Below, piece after piece: positions 1 through 8,786 of a DNA stretch of 64,000 nucleotides. A program made the position numbers and the translations under genes. How positions within the stretch are numbered: the stretch's first letter is position 1; every line of letters begins with the position of its first letter. The DNA comes from an uncultured delta proteobacterium (GTDB lineage Bacteria > Desulfobacterota > Binatia > UBA9968), in the NCBI GenBank assembly GCA_963816145.1, contig CAWFJP010000017.1, positions 96,001-160,000 of the forward strand, given 5' to 3'. The notes beneath the pieces are model-generated. The model searched no databases, was not told the origin of the DNA, and saw only the letters and a list, made by a program, of their open reading frames with translations.

Positions 1-28
1 AACCACCGGCCGGAGAGGTAAATACATT

Positions 29-1135
29 ATGACGCTCATCATCAATAACCAAGAAGTGGAACAGCTCCTCACCATGGAGGACACCCTTGCGGCGCTCGAA
101 CAATCTTATTTGCAGCTCGCCGCCCAGGAGGCGGTCTGCCGGCCGCGCATCGACATCCGTATTCCGACCAGCGATCCGGCGCGGAACTACCAGTGGGGCA
201 CCATGGAGGGAGGATCGACCGCCGGCTACTTCGCCATCCGCATGAAGTCCGACATCATTTATGAAAAAGACTACAATGGTATCGTCACGCAGGAAAAATA
301 CTGCATGCGGCCCGGCCTTTACTGCGGCCTGATCCTGCTGACCTCGGTAGAGAACGCCGAGCCGCTGGCGTTCATCAACGACGGCTACCTGCAGCACATG
401 CGGGTCGGCGCCGACGGCGGCATCGGCGTGAAGTACCTGGCGAACCAAGACGCGGAGGTGGTCGGCATGCTCGGCGCCGGCGGCATGGCGCGCACGCATA
501 TGGAAGCGTTCACGCGCGTGCGCAAAATCGACAAGCTGCAGGTGTTCAGCCCGACGCGCGCAAGCCGCGAGCGCTTCGGCCGCGAGATGGCGGAGAAATA
601 CAATATCGAGGTAAAAGTCTGCAGCCGTCCCGAAGAGGTCTACAAAGGCGCGCATATCCTGGCCGCCCTCACCGATTCCGCGGTCGAAGTGACCGACGGC
701 TCACTGCTCGAAAAAGGCACCCATATCGTCGTGGTCGGCGGCACCGGCAAACCGGACGCCGAAAGCCTGAAGCGGGTCGACGTCTACCTGCGCTTCGGCG
801 ACACGCCGGCGCCCACCGGCCATCCCGAGCTCGCCACCGACGCCGAGCATGTCGGCTACGAGGCGCGCCCACAGCAACCGAAGTATGGCGACGGCCGCCG
901 CGACCGGCGCAAGCACGGCAACACCCTGCCGGATCGCCGCGTCACGCTTGCTGACCTGGTTAACGGCAAGGTGAAAGGGCGTAGCTCGCCGGATCAGATT
1001 ACTTACTCCGAGCGCGGCAATCTGCAGGGCGCCCAGTTCCACGCGGTGGCGGGCAAGGTCTACGAGCTCGCCAAGCAAGCCGGCGTCGGCCGCGAGATTC
1101 CCACCGAATGGTTTCTGCAGGACATTCGCGATTGA
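29..1135 (+). CDS. Ornithine cyclodeaminase/mu-crystallin family protein
   Basis: 368-aa ORF with upstream GGAGAGG RBS; family-like segments MRVGADGGIG, GMLGAGGMA (Rossmann-like) and C-terminal GNLQGAQF. Confidence 0.85.
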   Translation: MTLIINNQEVEQLLTMEDTLAALEQSYLQLAAQEAVCRPRIDIRIPTSDPARNYQWGTMEGGSTAGYFAIRMKSDIIYEKDYNGIVTQEKYCMRPGLYCGLILLTSVENAEPLAFINDGYLQHMRVGADGGIGVKYLANQDAEVVGMLGAGGMARTHMEAFTRVRKIDKLQVFSPTRASRERFGREMAEKYNIEVKVCSRPEEVYKGAHILAALTDSAVEVTDGSLLEKGTHIVVVGGTGKPDAESLKRVDVYLRFGDTPAPTGHPELATDAEHVGYEARPQQPKYGDGRRDRRKHGNTLPDRRVTLADLVNGKVKGRSSPDQITYSERGNLQGAQFHAVAGKVYELAKQAGVGREIPTEWFLQDIRD

Positions 1136-1160
1136 GCGGCTTTGTCTCAAAAATAACGCC

Positions 1161-1248
1161 CGTTCCAAAGGTTCCAGTCGTTCCACCCGGGAGTAAACGC
1201 GTTTAAAACGTTCAACCGCTTTGCTCCGTTCAAATCGTTCAAAACGTT
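1161..1248. repeat. Short-period (about 9-nt) GTTCCA/GTTCAA intergenic repeat tract
   Basis: cgttccaaag gttccagtcg ttcca...cgttcaa...cgttcaaatcgttcaaaacgtt; same unit as the 61765-61863 element. Confidence 0.7.
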
Positions 1249-1278
1249 AGAAGACGAAGAGAACTGCGAGCCGCGTTC

Positions 1279-1341
1279 GGGTCACAGACTTCGACAACTC
1301 GACCTGGCTTTTCGCTGCGAAGAAGTTGCAGGGGTCGCGTT
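1279..1341 (+). repeat. Degenerate copies of the GGGGTC...GACCTGGCC repeat family (family A)
   Basis: GGGTC...GACCTGGC (1279-1308) and GTTGCAGGGGTCGCGTT (1325-1341; 15/17 match to the start of the 15514 copy). Confidence 0.5.
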
Positions 1342-1580
1342 AATCTTGCCGGATTCAGATTCGCGGCACCAAAAGAACGTCTCGGGCGGTGGCCGCTTCA
1401 TTAACGAAAGCAACACAAACACTGGGAAATTCACCACAGAAAATCGTCAGCTAGCGGGAGCTCGGCCTAGTCGAGGTGCAAAGTTTTTCGAGCAAGGAAA
1501 TACCGCTCGCCGATCTTTGGCTTGCCATCACGCCGGTGTTTTCCGAGTTGCGCTGTCAGAGCCTTGCCCGCTCAAGGTCT

Positions 1581-1691
1581 TTATGCCAGAAACCAACCCA
1601 TGCCGTAGATCAATAACGGCAGCAGCGCGATGAAGACGATCACTGCGACGCCAATTGCGGCGATCCTAGCAAGTCGCGGCAAGCCTTGCAT
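1581..1691 (-). CDS. Small membrane protein (36 aa), not in the ORF track
   Basis: Hand translation MQGLPRLARIAAIGVAVIVFIALLPLLIYGMGWFLA*; GGAGG 8 nt upstream of ATG; one long hydrophobic helix. Confidence 0.55.
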   Translation of the reverse strand: MQGLPRLARIAAIGVAVIVFIALLPLLIYGMGWFLA

Positions 1692-1943
1692 TTAGCCCAC
1701 CTCCCACCTGGCTTCGATGGATAGATCAGCTGATCGAGCGCCCGGTCGACTGGGTTATTTTTGGACTTGAACAGCTTTCGCGCAGCCTCAACATAATCGA
1801 ATTTCCGTACGACCAACTTACGGCGCCGCAAAAGCCGGTGGCGACAAAAAATCTATTTTAGGTTCTTAACAAAATGCATCGGCCGAGCCGTCGTAACGGA
1901 GTGCGCGCAGCGCATTTGTCGCCTAACAATTCTCGGGTTCGAT

Positions 1944-2300
1944 ATGCAGAAATCGCAAGAAGCATGCCACTATAAAAATCCATCAATTCTCCGATCTCCA
2001 TCCACCGGGATGTTGCCAACGAATGACGACTTTATGAAAGTCGTCAGCAATGGCATCCGCTGGACCGGGATAGTGGGACGCGGTGGCCTAACCGAATCCG
2101 AGCGCCGCGCCGTGGTTCAATTTCTCAGAACTTCTTCGCCGCGCTTCGCCAACGATATTTTACAATCGCCCATTATCGTTTCGCCCGAACCGGCGCGCAG
2201 TCGAGGACTGGTCGCCTAAGGACGCCGGTTATACCGAGATTCGGACTGCCCTAAGTGTCATGGCGAGCGCGGCGATGGTAAAGGCATTCCGCGCGAGATG
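1944..2300 (+). pseudogene. c-type cytochrome relic
   Basis: ORF 1944-2219 (LPTNDDFMKVVSNGIRWT...ERRAVVQFLRTSSPRF) continues in frame past TAA as GRRLYRDSDCPKCHGERGDGKG; CxxCH at 2247-2261. Confidence 0.7.
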
Positions 2301-2504
2301 CTCGGCGAAGAACAACCAACCGAGGTTAACAACTGTTACTCGCAGCAAAATCCTTTTTTTACGATTGCGGAATCCAGAAATGAATCAGGCTTGGCAAAAC
2401 AAGTCGCCGTTCGCACTGTGGCAGAAAGGAAACTAGGCGAGGCAGGATGTCACAGTTGCTCGCTCGAGTCGCGCATTATTGCAAAAAAACTGCTCATCAC
2501 TTTT

Positions 2505-2520
2505 TGGCACGACCTATGCT
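2505..2520 (+). promoter_or_regulatory. sigma54 (-24/-12) promoter
   Basis: TGGCACGACCTATGCT with exact GG-N10-GC spacing. Confidence 0.55.
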
Positions 2521-2722
2521 CACTTTCTCGGTTGGAATGACCCATTTTAGCGGGATTTGCAAAATGCGCCGTTTCCACTAGACGCTTGATCCGATACGGC
2601 CCGCGACGGTAAAGTCGGTGCCGGAGAACTGTTGCTAATGGCCTAATTCATAACCACCGTATTTGTAGAAGTGAATCGTCGTACAGTTCGTCGTTAATTA
2701 GGCTCTAAAAGAGTTTCTCTGG

Positions 2723-3556
2723 ATGAATGCCATGACAAACGATTTAGAAGAGGGAGTTTCACTATTCTATAATAAAGTGGCGTGGAAAACAGAAGGAGGA
2801 ATCACTGAAGCCGCCAGAAGATGGGAGGATCTAAGAGAGCATGCCAGGGCGTATGTAAGCCAATCTCGATTAAGAGTTTTACGTCACATACCCGAAAGCG
2901 GCGTAAATATACTCGATATGGGATCTGGACCCATACAGTTTAATGAGTATTTGGAGTATTCGAGGAATTTTGAGAAGAGGTATTGTGTTGATTTATCTTT
3001 GGGAGCTTTAGAAGATGCCAGGCGGAAGATCGGCGATCACGGTGTGTTTTTGCACGGCAGTTTTTTCGATATTCCTCTGGAAGACAACTTCTTTGATTGC
3101 ACAGTGAGCCTCCTTACTATCTTTAATATCGATAAGAACAAACAGGAGGAGGCGGTGCGAAAATTGCTCAGAGTAACCAAGCCAGGAAAACCAGTGATTA
3201 TTGTATATAGAAATCCAAATACAATTATTTCCTTCCTAAGATTGCCTATTCGCGTGCTCCGAAAAGCACAAACTGCCTTTACGAAGTGGAATAGAATGCC
3301 AAGGCGGGAAGACGGCTCGACCTTATATTATTACGTACACGCTATTGAATGGTGGAATAGGTTTAGTGATATTGCGACCGTAAAGATGTTGCCATGGCGT
3401 TCCTTTGATTCAAATCTTCAGAAAGCATTAATACCAAACAACAAACTTGGCAGTAAGATGTTTGATTTATTGTTTGCACTCGAAGGACGCTTTCCTGTGT
3501 TTTTTGTGAAACATTTTGAATATTGCATGATCATACTTACCAAAAGAGTAAGCTAA
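2723..3556 (+). CDS. Class I SAM-dependent methyltransferase
   Basis: Motif I ILDMGSG, CVDLS, IPLEDNFFD, LLRVTKPGK; visibly AT-richer than the backbone. Confidence 0.85.
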   Translation: MNAMTNDLEEGVSLFYNKVAWKTEGGITEAARRWEDLREHARAYVSQSRLRVLRHIPESGVNILDMGSGPIQFNEYLEYSRNFEKRYCVDLSLGALEDARRKIGDHGVFLHGSFFDIPLEDNFFDCTVSLLTIFNIDKNKQEEAVRKLLRVTKPGKPVIIVYRNPNTIISFLRLPIRVLRKAQTAFTKWNRMPRREDGSTLYYYVHAIEWWNRFSDIATVKMLPWRSFDSNLQKALIPNNKLGSKMFDLLFALEGRFPVFFVKHFEYCMIILTKRVS

Positions 3557-3682
3557 GACGCCGTACGTGCGCGCTGTGCAGCGACCGTCTATAGCGGCAT
3601 ATAAGCTTCGTCGTTTGCTGATGCTCCGTTGGCATTCATTCCCTGTACAACGTCCCTTCTATTTAGGTAAGATTGTGTCCCA

Positions 3683-5647
3683 ATGGCCGTAAGCTTAAAC
3701 GAACATATACGGGCCAAGTGCTTTCATCCGAATGGCGCGTTTGTTGAGTTCGAGAAGGACGAAGTCGAAACATCGATTCCCGAGCGGTTCGAGAATATTG
3801 TAAGGCGACATCCAGATCGGTTGGCGGTTAGGACAAAAGAACATGCAAGAACTTATGACGAACTGAACAAAGAGGCTAATCGGGTCGCTCGAGCCATTTT
3901 GGAGCAGCGGGATGAGGAAGCGCAGCCTGTCGGCCTTTTGCTCGATCATGACGCGCCGGTCATCGCGGCGTTGCTGGGGGCATTGAAAGCCGGTAAGTTT
4001 TACGTGCCGTTGGACCCTTCAAGTCCCCAAAGCAGGCTTGGATATATGCTGAAAGATTCAGATGCGCGTCTGCTTGTCACCAACGGGCGAAATCTTTCGT
4101 TGGCCCGCCAACTGGCTCAGAATAGCTTTCAAATTATCAACATCGATGAGCTTGACTCTAGTCTTTCAAGCGGCAATCTGGGCCTGTCGATTTCATCGAA
4201 GAGAATTGCCTGCATTCTCTACACGTCAGGTTCGACCGGACAACCCAAGGGAGTCCTCCAGAATCATCAAAATGTGTTGCACTTCACTATGACCTACACG
4301 AACGACCTGCATATCTGCACAGACGATCGACTGGCACTTCTACATTACACTAGCGTTTCTGCTTCCATGAGAAATTTATTTGGCGCCTTGCTCAATGGTG
4401 CCGCTATCTTTCCCCTGGACTTTCGGATGATGGGGATGAGTCATCTTATCGCCTGGCTGATAGAGCAAGAAATTACCATCTATCATTCTACCCCAACAAT
4501 GTTTCGCCATTTTGTGGAGTCTGTGGCGGGGATGGATCAGTTTCCTAAACTTCGTTTGATCATTTTATCGGGCGAAGCAGCCACTAAAAGTGACGCGATG
4601 GGTTATCAAGCAAATTTCTCCCCCCACTGTGTCTTCGTGAATATGTGGGGCGCGACTGAGACCGGCTTTGTCAGCCAGTACTTCATTGACAAAGAATCCG
4701 TGATATCGAGTCATACGGTGCCCATTGGCTACGCGATCCAGGATAAGCAAATTCTTTTGCTCGACGAGAGTGGCACCGCAATTGGTTTCAACGAGATTGG
4801 CGAAATCGCCATCAGGAGCCGCTACCTATCCCCTGGATATTGGAGAAGACCTGCTGCGGACCGAGCGGCATTCTTGTCCAATCCATGTGAAGCGGTTGAC
4901 CGGATCTATCGAACAGGGGACCTGGGCCGCATGTTACAAGATGGCTGTGTACTATATCGTGAGCGTAAAGATTTTCAGGTAAAAATCCGTGGTAACCGAG
5001 TAGACCTTGCTGAGGCCGAAGCGGCGCTGCTCGAGCATCCTCTTATTAAAGAAGGTGTCATTGTGGCAAGGGAGGACCCACTCGGAAATAGTCGTTTGGT
5101 GGCCTACGTGACCTCCAACAGAAATTCTGCACCTAACGTTAGCGAGCTGCGAGACTTCTTAAAGGAAAAGCTTCCCGACTACATGATCCCTTCAGCGTTT
5201 GTCTTGCTCGATGCTCTACCTCATACTCCTAATGCTAAGATCGATCGCAACGCCCTTCCCGCGCCGGGGCAAACCAGACCCAAGCTCCAAGTTGCTTTTT
5301 TGCCACCCGCCACTCCCACGGAGCAAACTCTGGTTCAGGTCTGGGCAGATGTTCTCAAGCTCGATCAGGTAGGTGTCGACGACAATTTTTTCGACCTCGG
5401 CGGCAATTCTCTTTTAGCGTCGCAGGTCATCTCGAGGGTAATCAAGACGTTCACCATAGAGCTCCCTATGGCTTTACTGTTTGATTCGCCCACTGTAGCG
5501 AAGATGGCCGTTGTGATCGACGATCATCAGGGGAAATTTCTAGGTGAAAAGGAGTTAGCGAACATCCTGGATGAATTGGAATCGCTGCCGGATGAAAAGG
5601 CGAACAGCTTACTGCGAAGATTGAAACCAAAAAATGAATTATCCTGA
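3683..5647 (+). CDS. Stand-alone NRPS-like adenylation-PCP didomain
   Basis: A3 YTSGSTGQPKG, A7 YRTGDL, A8 RKDFQVKIRGNR, A10 PHTPNAKIDR, PCP DNFFDLGGNSL; no C or TE domain. Confidence 0.9.
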   Translation: MAVSLNEHIRAKCFHPNGAFVEFEKDEVETSIPERFENIVRRHPDRLAVRTKEHARTYDELNKEANRVARAILEQRDEEAQPVGLLLDHDAPVIAALLGALKAGKFYVPLDPSSPQSRLGYMLKDSDARLLVTNGRNLSLARQLAQNSFQIINIDELDSSLSSGNLGLSISSKRIACILYTSGSTGQPKGVLQNHQNVLHFTMTYTNDLHICTDDRLALLHYTSVSASMRNLFGALLNGAAIFPLDFRMMGMSHLIAWLIEQEITIYHSTPTMFRHFVESVAGMDQFPKLRLIILSGEAATKSDAMGYQANFSPHCVFVNMWGATETGFVSQYFIDKESVISSHTVPIGYAIQDKQILLLDESGTAIGFNEIGEIAIRSRYLSPGYWRRPAADRAAFLSNPCEAVDRIYRTGDLGRMLQDGCVLYRERKDFQVKIRGNRVDLAEAEAALLEHPLIKEGVIVAREDPLGNSRLVAYVTSNRNSAPNVSELRDFLKEKLPDYMIPSAFVLLDALPHTPNAKIDRNALPAPGQTRPKLQVAFLPPATPTEQTLVQVWADVLKLDQVGVDDNFFDLGGNSLLASQVISRVIKTFTIELPMALLFDSPTVAKMAVVIDDHQGKFLGEKELANILDELESLPDEKANSLLRRLKPKNELS

Positions 5648-5761
5648 GTGTCGCTTAGTCTATGGAAGTCATCAATAATTTCAAACAAACCAAACCTGCA
5701 CGTGATAGTAGGCTGTGAGGCGATAGCGTTTTGCACAAGCGTTTAGGTGCGGCGTTATTCT

Positions 5762-6099
5762 CTAACATTTTTCCGTAAAAACCTCCGCCGCGTTCGTTGG
5801 CGAGTCGCACCAAGCTTTCGCAAACTGCCGGGGTCGAAATCGTTCAACAACCTCCGTTAGTTCCTCCGCTTCCACTTTCCCCCAAAGACCATCGCTACAC
5901 AGCAGCATCTGATCGCCGCTTTGTAGCTGACTCGATGTGATAACGACGTCGGTCTCGGGTTGTACTCCTAGGGCCTGGAGGATGACGTTCCTAGGCGGAT
6001 GAGTTTTCGCCTCATGGAAACTTAACTGGCCCATGGCGACCATTTGGGCAACCAAGCTCTGATCCTTAGTCAATTGAGTAAGGTTACCATCGGGATCGG
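5762..6099 (-). pseudogene. PP2C/Stp1 Ser/Thr phosphatase fragment
   Basis: LTQLTKDQSLV, RNVILQALG, LLCSDGLWG; N-half absent; frameshifted C-terminal VCESLVRLANERGG ends before the usual DN motif. Confidence 0.8.
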
Positions 6100-6136
6100 G
6101 TTGATGGGGTCGCGTCTTACAGTGCAATGCATTATG
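6100..6136 (+). repeat. Family A repeat, copy 1 (3'-truncated)
   Basis: GTTGATGGGGTCGCGTCTTACAGTGCAATGCATTATG. Confidence 0.8.
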
Positions 6137-6143
6137 GGGAAGA

Positions 6144-6171
6144 AAATGTACTGGGAGTCTTTTTTCGCCTC
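6144..6171 (+). repeat. Family B repeat, copy 1
   Basis: AAATGTACTGGGAGTCTTTTTTCGCCTC; near-identical to 6978-7006. Confidence 0.65.
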
Positions 6172-6268
6172 CTGCGATTGATTGCTCACCGGTGCGGGGC
6201 TATAGCTCCCATCAGAGAAGAAGGATGGTTAATTTGCCGATCCATAAGCGGTCCGGGATAGATCCATC

Positions 6269-6925
6269 ATGAGAGAGACGAAAGGTCACAGGGTACTTAT
6301 CCTGTTAGCGGCGGGGTTGCTATTCGCGGCAAGCGGGTGCGCCGTCAAAAGAATCGTCAGCCAGTGGAGCAATCCCGACTACGCGAACGCAGCGCGGGTT
6401 TTTAAAAAGATCATGGTGGTCGGAGCCATTGAACAAGAAGCCATCCGGCGCAACCTTGAAGATCGGTTTGTCGCCGCGCTGCGCGCGGCCGGCGTCGATG
6501 CATTGCCAAGTTACCGGCTCGTCGCAGACCCTGGAAAAGATATCGAGGGGAGTGTCAAAGCGGCCGTGCAAAGCGCCGGCGCCGACGGCGTGCTCGTCAC
6601 TCGGTTAATACGAGTTGAGCAGCGCACCGATGCGAGCCCAGGCGATTTCCCGCCCAACTTCGGATTTGGCTATTATAATTGGTACTATCCGGGATGGTAC
6701 GGCGCCGGCTTCTACACGCCGCCAAGCTACTATCAGTATCCGGTATATTACTCCGAGACCACGCTGTCTGACGCAACCAGGAATGAGATTGTCTGGACCG
6801 GCACGGTCCGCACCATCGACCCGGAGAACGCCAATGAGGCGATTGCAGAGTACGTCGCCACGGTTGTCACCGCGCTGAAGGACAATCAATTGCTACCCGG
6901 GACATCGCCGCGAGGCGGCTTGTAG
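6269..6925 (+). CDS. Putative lipoprotein (DUF4136-like)
   Basis: Signal peptide with ASG-C lipobox; Gly/Tyr-rich loop; C-terminal IVWTG motif. Confidence 0.7.
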   Translation: MRETKGHRVLILLAAGLLFAASGCAVKRIVSQWSNPDYANAARVFKKIMVVGAIEQEAIRRNLEDRFVAALRAAGVDALPSYRLVADPGKDIEGSVKAAVQSAGADGVLVTRLIRVEQRTDASPGDFPPNFGFGYYNWYYPGWYGAGFYTPPSYYQYPVYYSETTLSDATRNEIVWTGTVRTIDPENANEAIAEYVATVVTALKDNQLLPGTSPRGGL

Positions 6926-6977
6926 GTACTTCATCCTATGCAGGCAGTCGTGGAATAACTTCCTGCTGACGGAGAGT

Positions 6978-7006
6978 AAATGCACGGGGGAGTCTTTTCT
7001 CGCCTC
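6978..7006 (+). repeat. Family B repeat, copy 2
   Basis: AAATGCACGGGGGAGTCTTTTCTCGCCTC. Confidence 0.65.
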
Positions 7007-7076
7007 TGAGTTACACTCTCTTTATCCAAGCAAAATTTATCGGAGGGACGATGCTCTGCCAATCCTTTAGTTCAGC

Positions 7077-7130
7077 GTTGATGGGGTCTCGTCTTCCACT
7101 GCAATAAATGTATGAGCGCAATTCCCGGCC
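7077..7130 (+). repeat. Family A repeat, copy 2 (54 bp)
   Basis: GTTGATGGGGTCTCGTCTTCCACTGCAATAAATGTATGAGCGCAATTCCCGGCC; 44/54 ungapped identity to 15514-15567. Confidence 0.85.
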
Positions 7131-7196
7131 TGGACTCGGCGTCCGCACTCGGACTCGCAACTCTTGTTACGCATAAGATTGCGCATACGACGGCCT

Positions 7197-8489
7197 TTAG
7201 GCCTGCTTATGCCGTATGCCGGCAAGATCCTCCGCGCGCAGCCGGTAGCGTATGACGTTGCCCTCATGCAGACCGTGAAACTCCTGGCCAACGTAGCTGA
7301 CGACCCGCTTACGGTCCGCATCCGGGATGCCTGCCTCGACGGCCATGGCCATGACGTTTTCAGGACGGAAATCTTTCCAGTCAAGCACCCAGCTGCGCAC
7401 AGCCTCGCGGACGAAATCGCGATAGACCAATGCCGCCTTTTCCGGTGTATCGACTTCGGCCCGGAACACTTTGTAGTTCTGCGCCGAAGCCAGATATGCG
7501 TCGATGTAAACCCCTCGTAACAGGGAAACGTTGTTCAACTCGTAAACGCCAATAAGACCGTCGATATACTCGCCGTCGTTCATGGTGAGAAACGAGAGCG
7601 GCGCGAGGTCGGCTTTCAACAACGGAACATTGGACACAATGCGCGAAGTTCGCTTGTTCACATCCTCGAACGCCTGCAAATAGGGGATGTGAACCAGCAG
7701 GAAGAAGGACTGCTCGAACGGGTCCGTGATTGCCGTGGCTTTTTGAACAAGGATGTCAAACTCCTCCTCGATCGCGAACCGGTCGTCAAGCGGGCTGTAG
7801 CTTGAATGGGAAATGCCGACGGTCATGCGGCGCAGCCGTCCCGCCATGGCCGGGTCGGCAAGAAGGCCGTCGGCGAGCAGTGCGTGAATATTGCATAGAT
7901 CGCTGCGGCCGATCGTTATCTGGGCGAGATTGTCGACGACATATTGGATGGCTTCCTTGTGATTGAGGATCATGACCGCTTCCTTGCGGTCCTTGCCGGA
8001 GGCTTCTTCCCCGAAGCGGATCATCCGCTCGGTTTGAAGAATATTGTAGGTGTTCCCTTCCATGCGCGATGAGGCCCAGGAAAGGTCCACGAGAAGCTTT
8101 TAAAGTATACGACGCGCATATGTGCCGGCAGGAACCGGCAGCGGCTGTTGCCGTCCGGCCTCGTGCAACCGCTGCTGGTCATTCCCGCTGAGATAGAACG
8201 TCTTGTTCGGGAGATCGCGATCGACAAATTCCTTCGAGTAGGTCACCAGCCTTCGGCGGTTATAGGGCGTTTGCACATGAGCGCGCACGACGGCCGGACC
8301 TGCTAGGCTGTAGCCGGTGGCGCGGGCTTTGCCCGAAACCTCAAGCTTGCCTTCATCGATAAGTTTCTTAAGGGCGCGCCAGATCGTTGGCGGGCTTACG
8401 TCGGGAGCGACGTGCTGCCGGATATCATCGCGGCCCGCGCCGGGATGCGCTGCAATGTAGTCCAGTAAAGCTTGGTTATTGAGTGCCAT
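7197..8489 (-). pseudogene. HTH-Fic family protein interrupted by an in-frame TAA
   Basis: ORFs 8100-8489 and 7197-8090 share a frame (...YARRIL*KLLVDLSWASSRMEGNTY); wHTH-like N-terminus; Fic-variant motif HIPYLQAFEDVNKRTSR. Confidence 0.85.
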
Positions 8490-8694
8490 GAAACGATCCG
8501 TTGAAACTATGAAACGATTATGTCTTTAAAATATAAGAAATTTTCTCATATTCAATATATCGTTTCATACATTGTGAAACGATATACAAAACTGCCTTGC
8601 AACCAAACAGGTCCAGGCGTGAAACGATTAAATCCCCGCCAATAAAGGAAAATCCGTTATCTTTAGCGAATCGTTGCAGATACTCTGAAACGAT
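8489..8694. promoter_or_regulatory. Array of TGAAACGAT operator-like sites upstream of the HTH-Fic gene
   Basis: Forward copies at 8489, 8502 (1 mismatch), 8510, 8575, 8620, 8686; reverse copies at 8559 and 8670 (1 mismatch); two inverted pairs, both with a 7-nt spacer. Confidence 0.7.
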
Positions 8695-8786
8695 TTTTCA
8701 GAATGAGATATCACGTGGACATCACCAAAAATCAGGACAACTCTGGCTGAGTAATTCAGTCAAGCTGGGAAAGCAGGACAAACCTT

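Noticed and set aside
1161-1248. GTTCCA tract as a mini-CRISPR
   Set aside because: Period is about 9 nt with no unique spacers.
5680-5760. Possible attC after the first A-PCP gene (AAC...GTTATTC)
   Set aside because: L-box complementarity and spacer lengths do not fit on either strand.
2217-8102. Stop-codon recoding at the in-frame stops
   Set aside because: Both are TAA, which ends many normal genes here; no Sec/Pyl signals; neighbouring genes are decayed.
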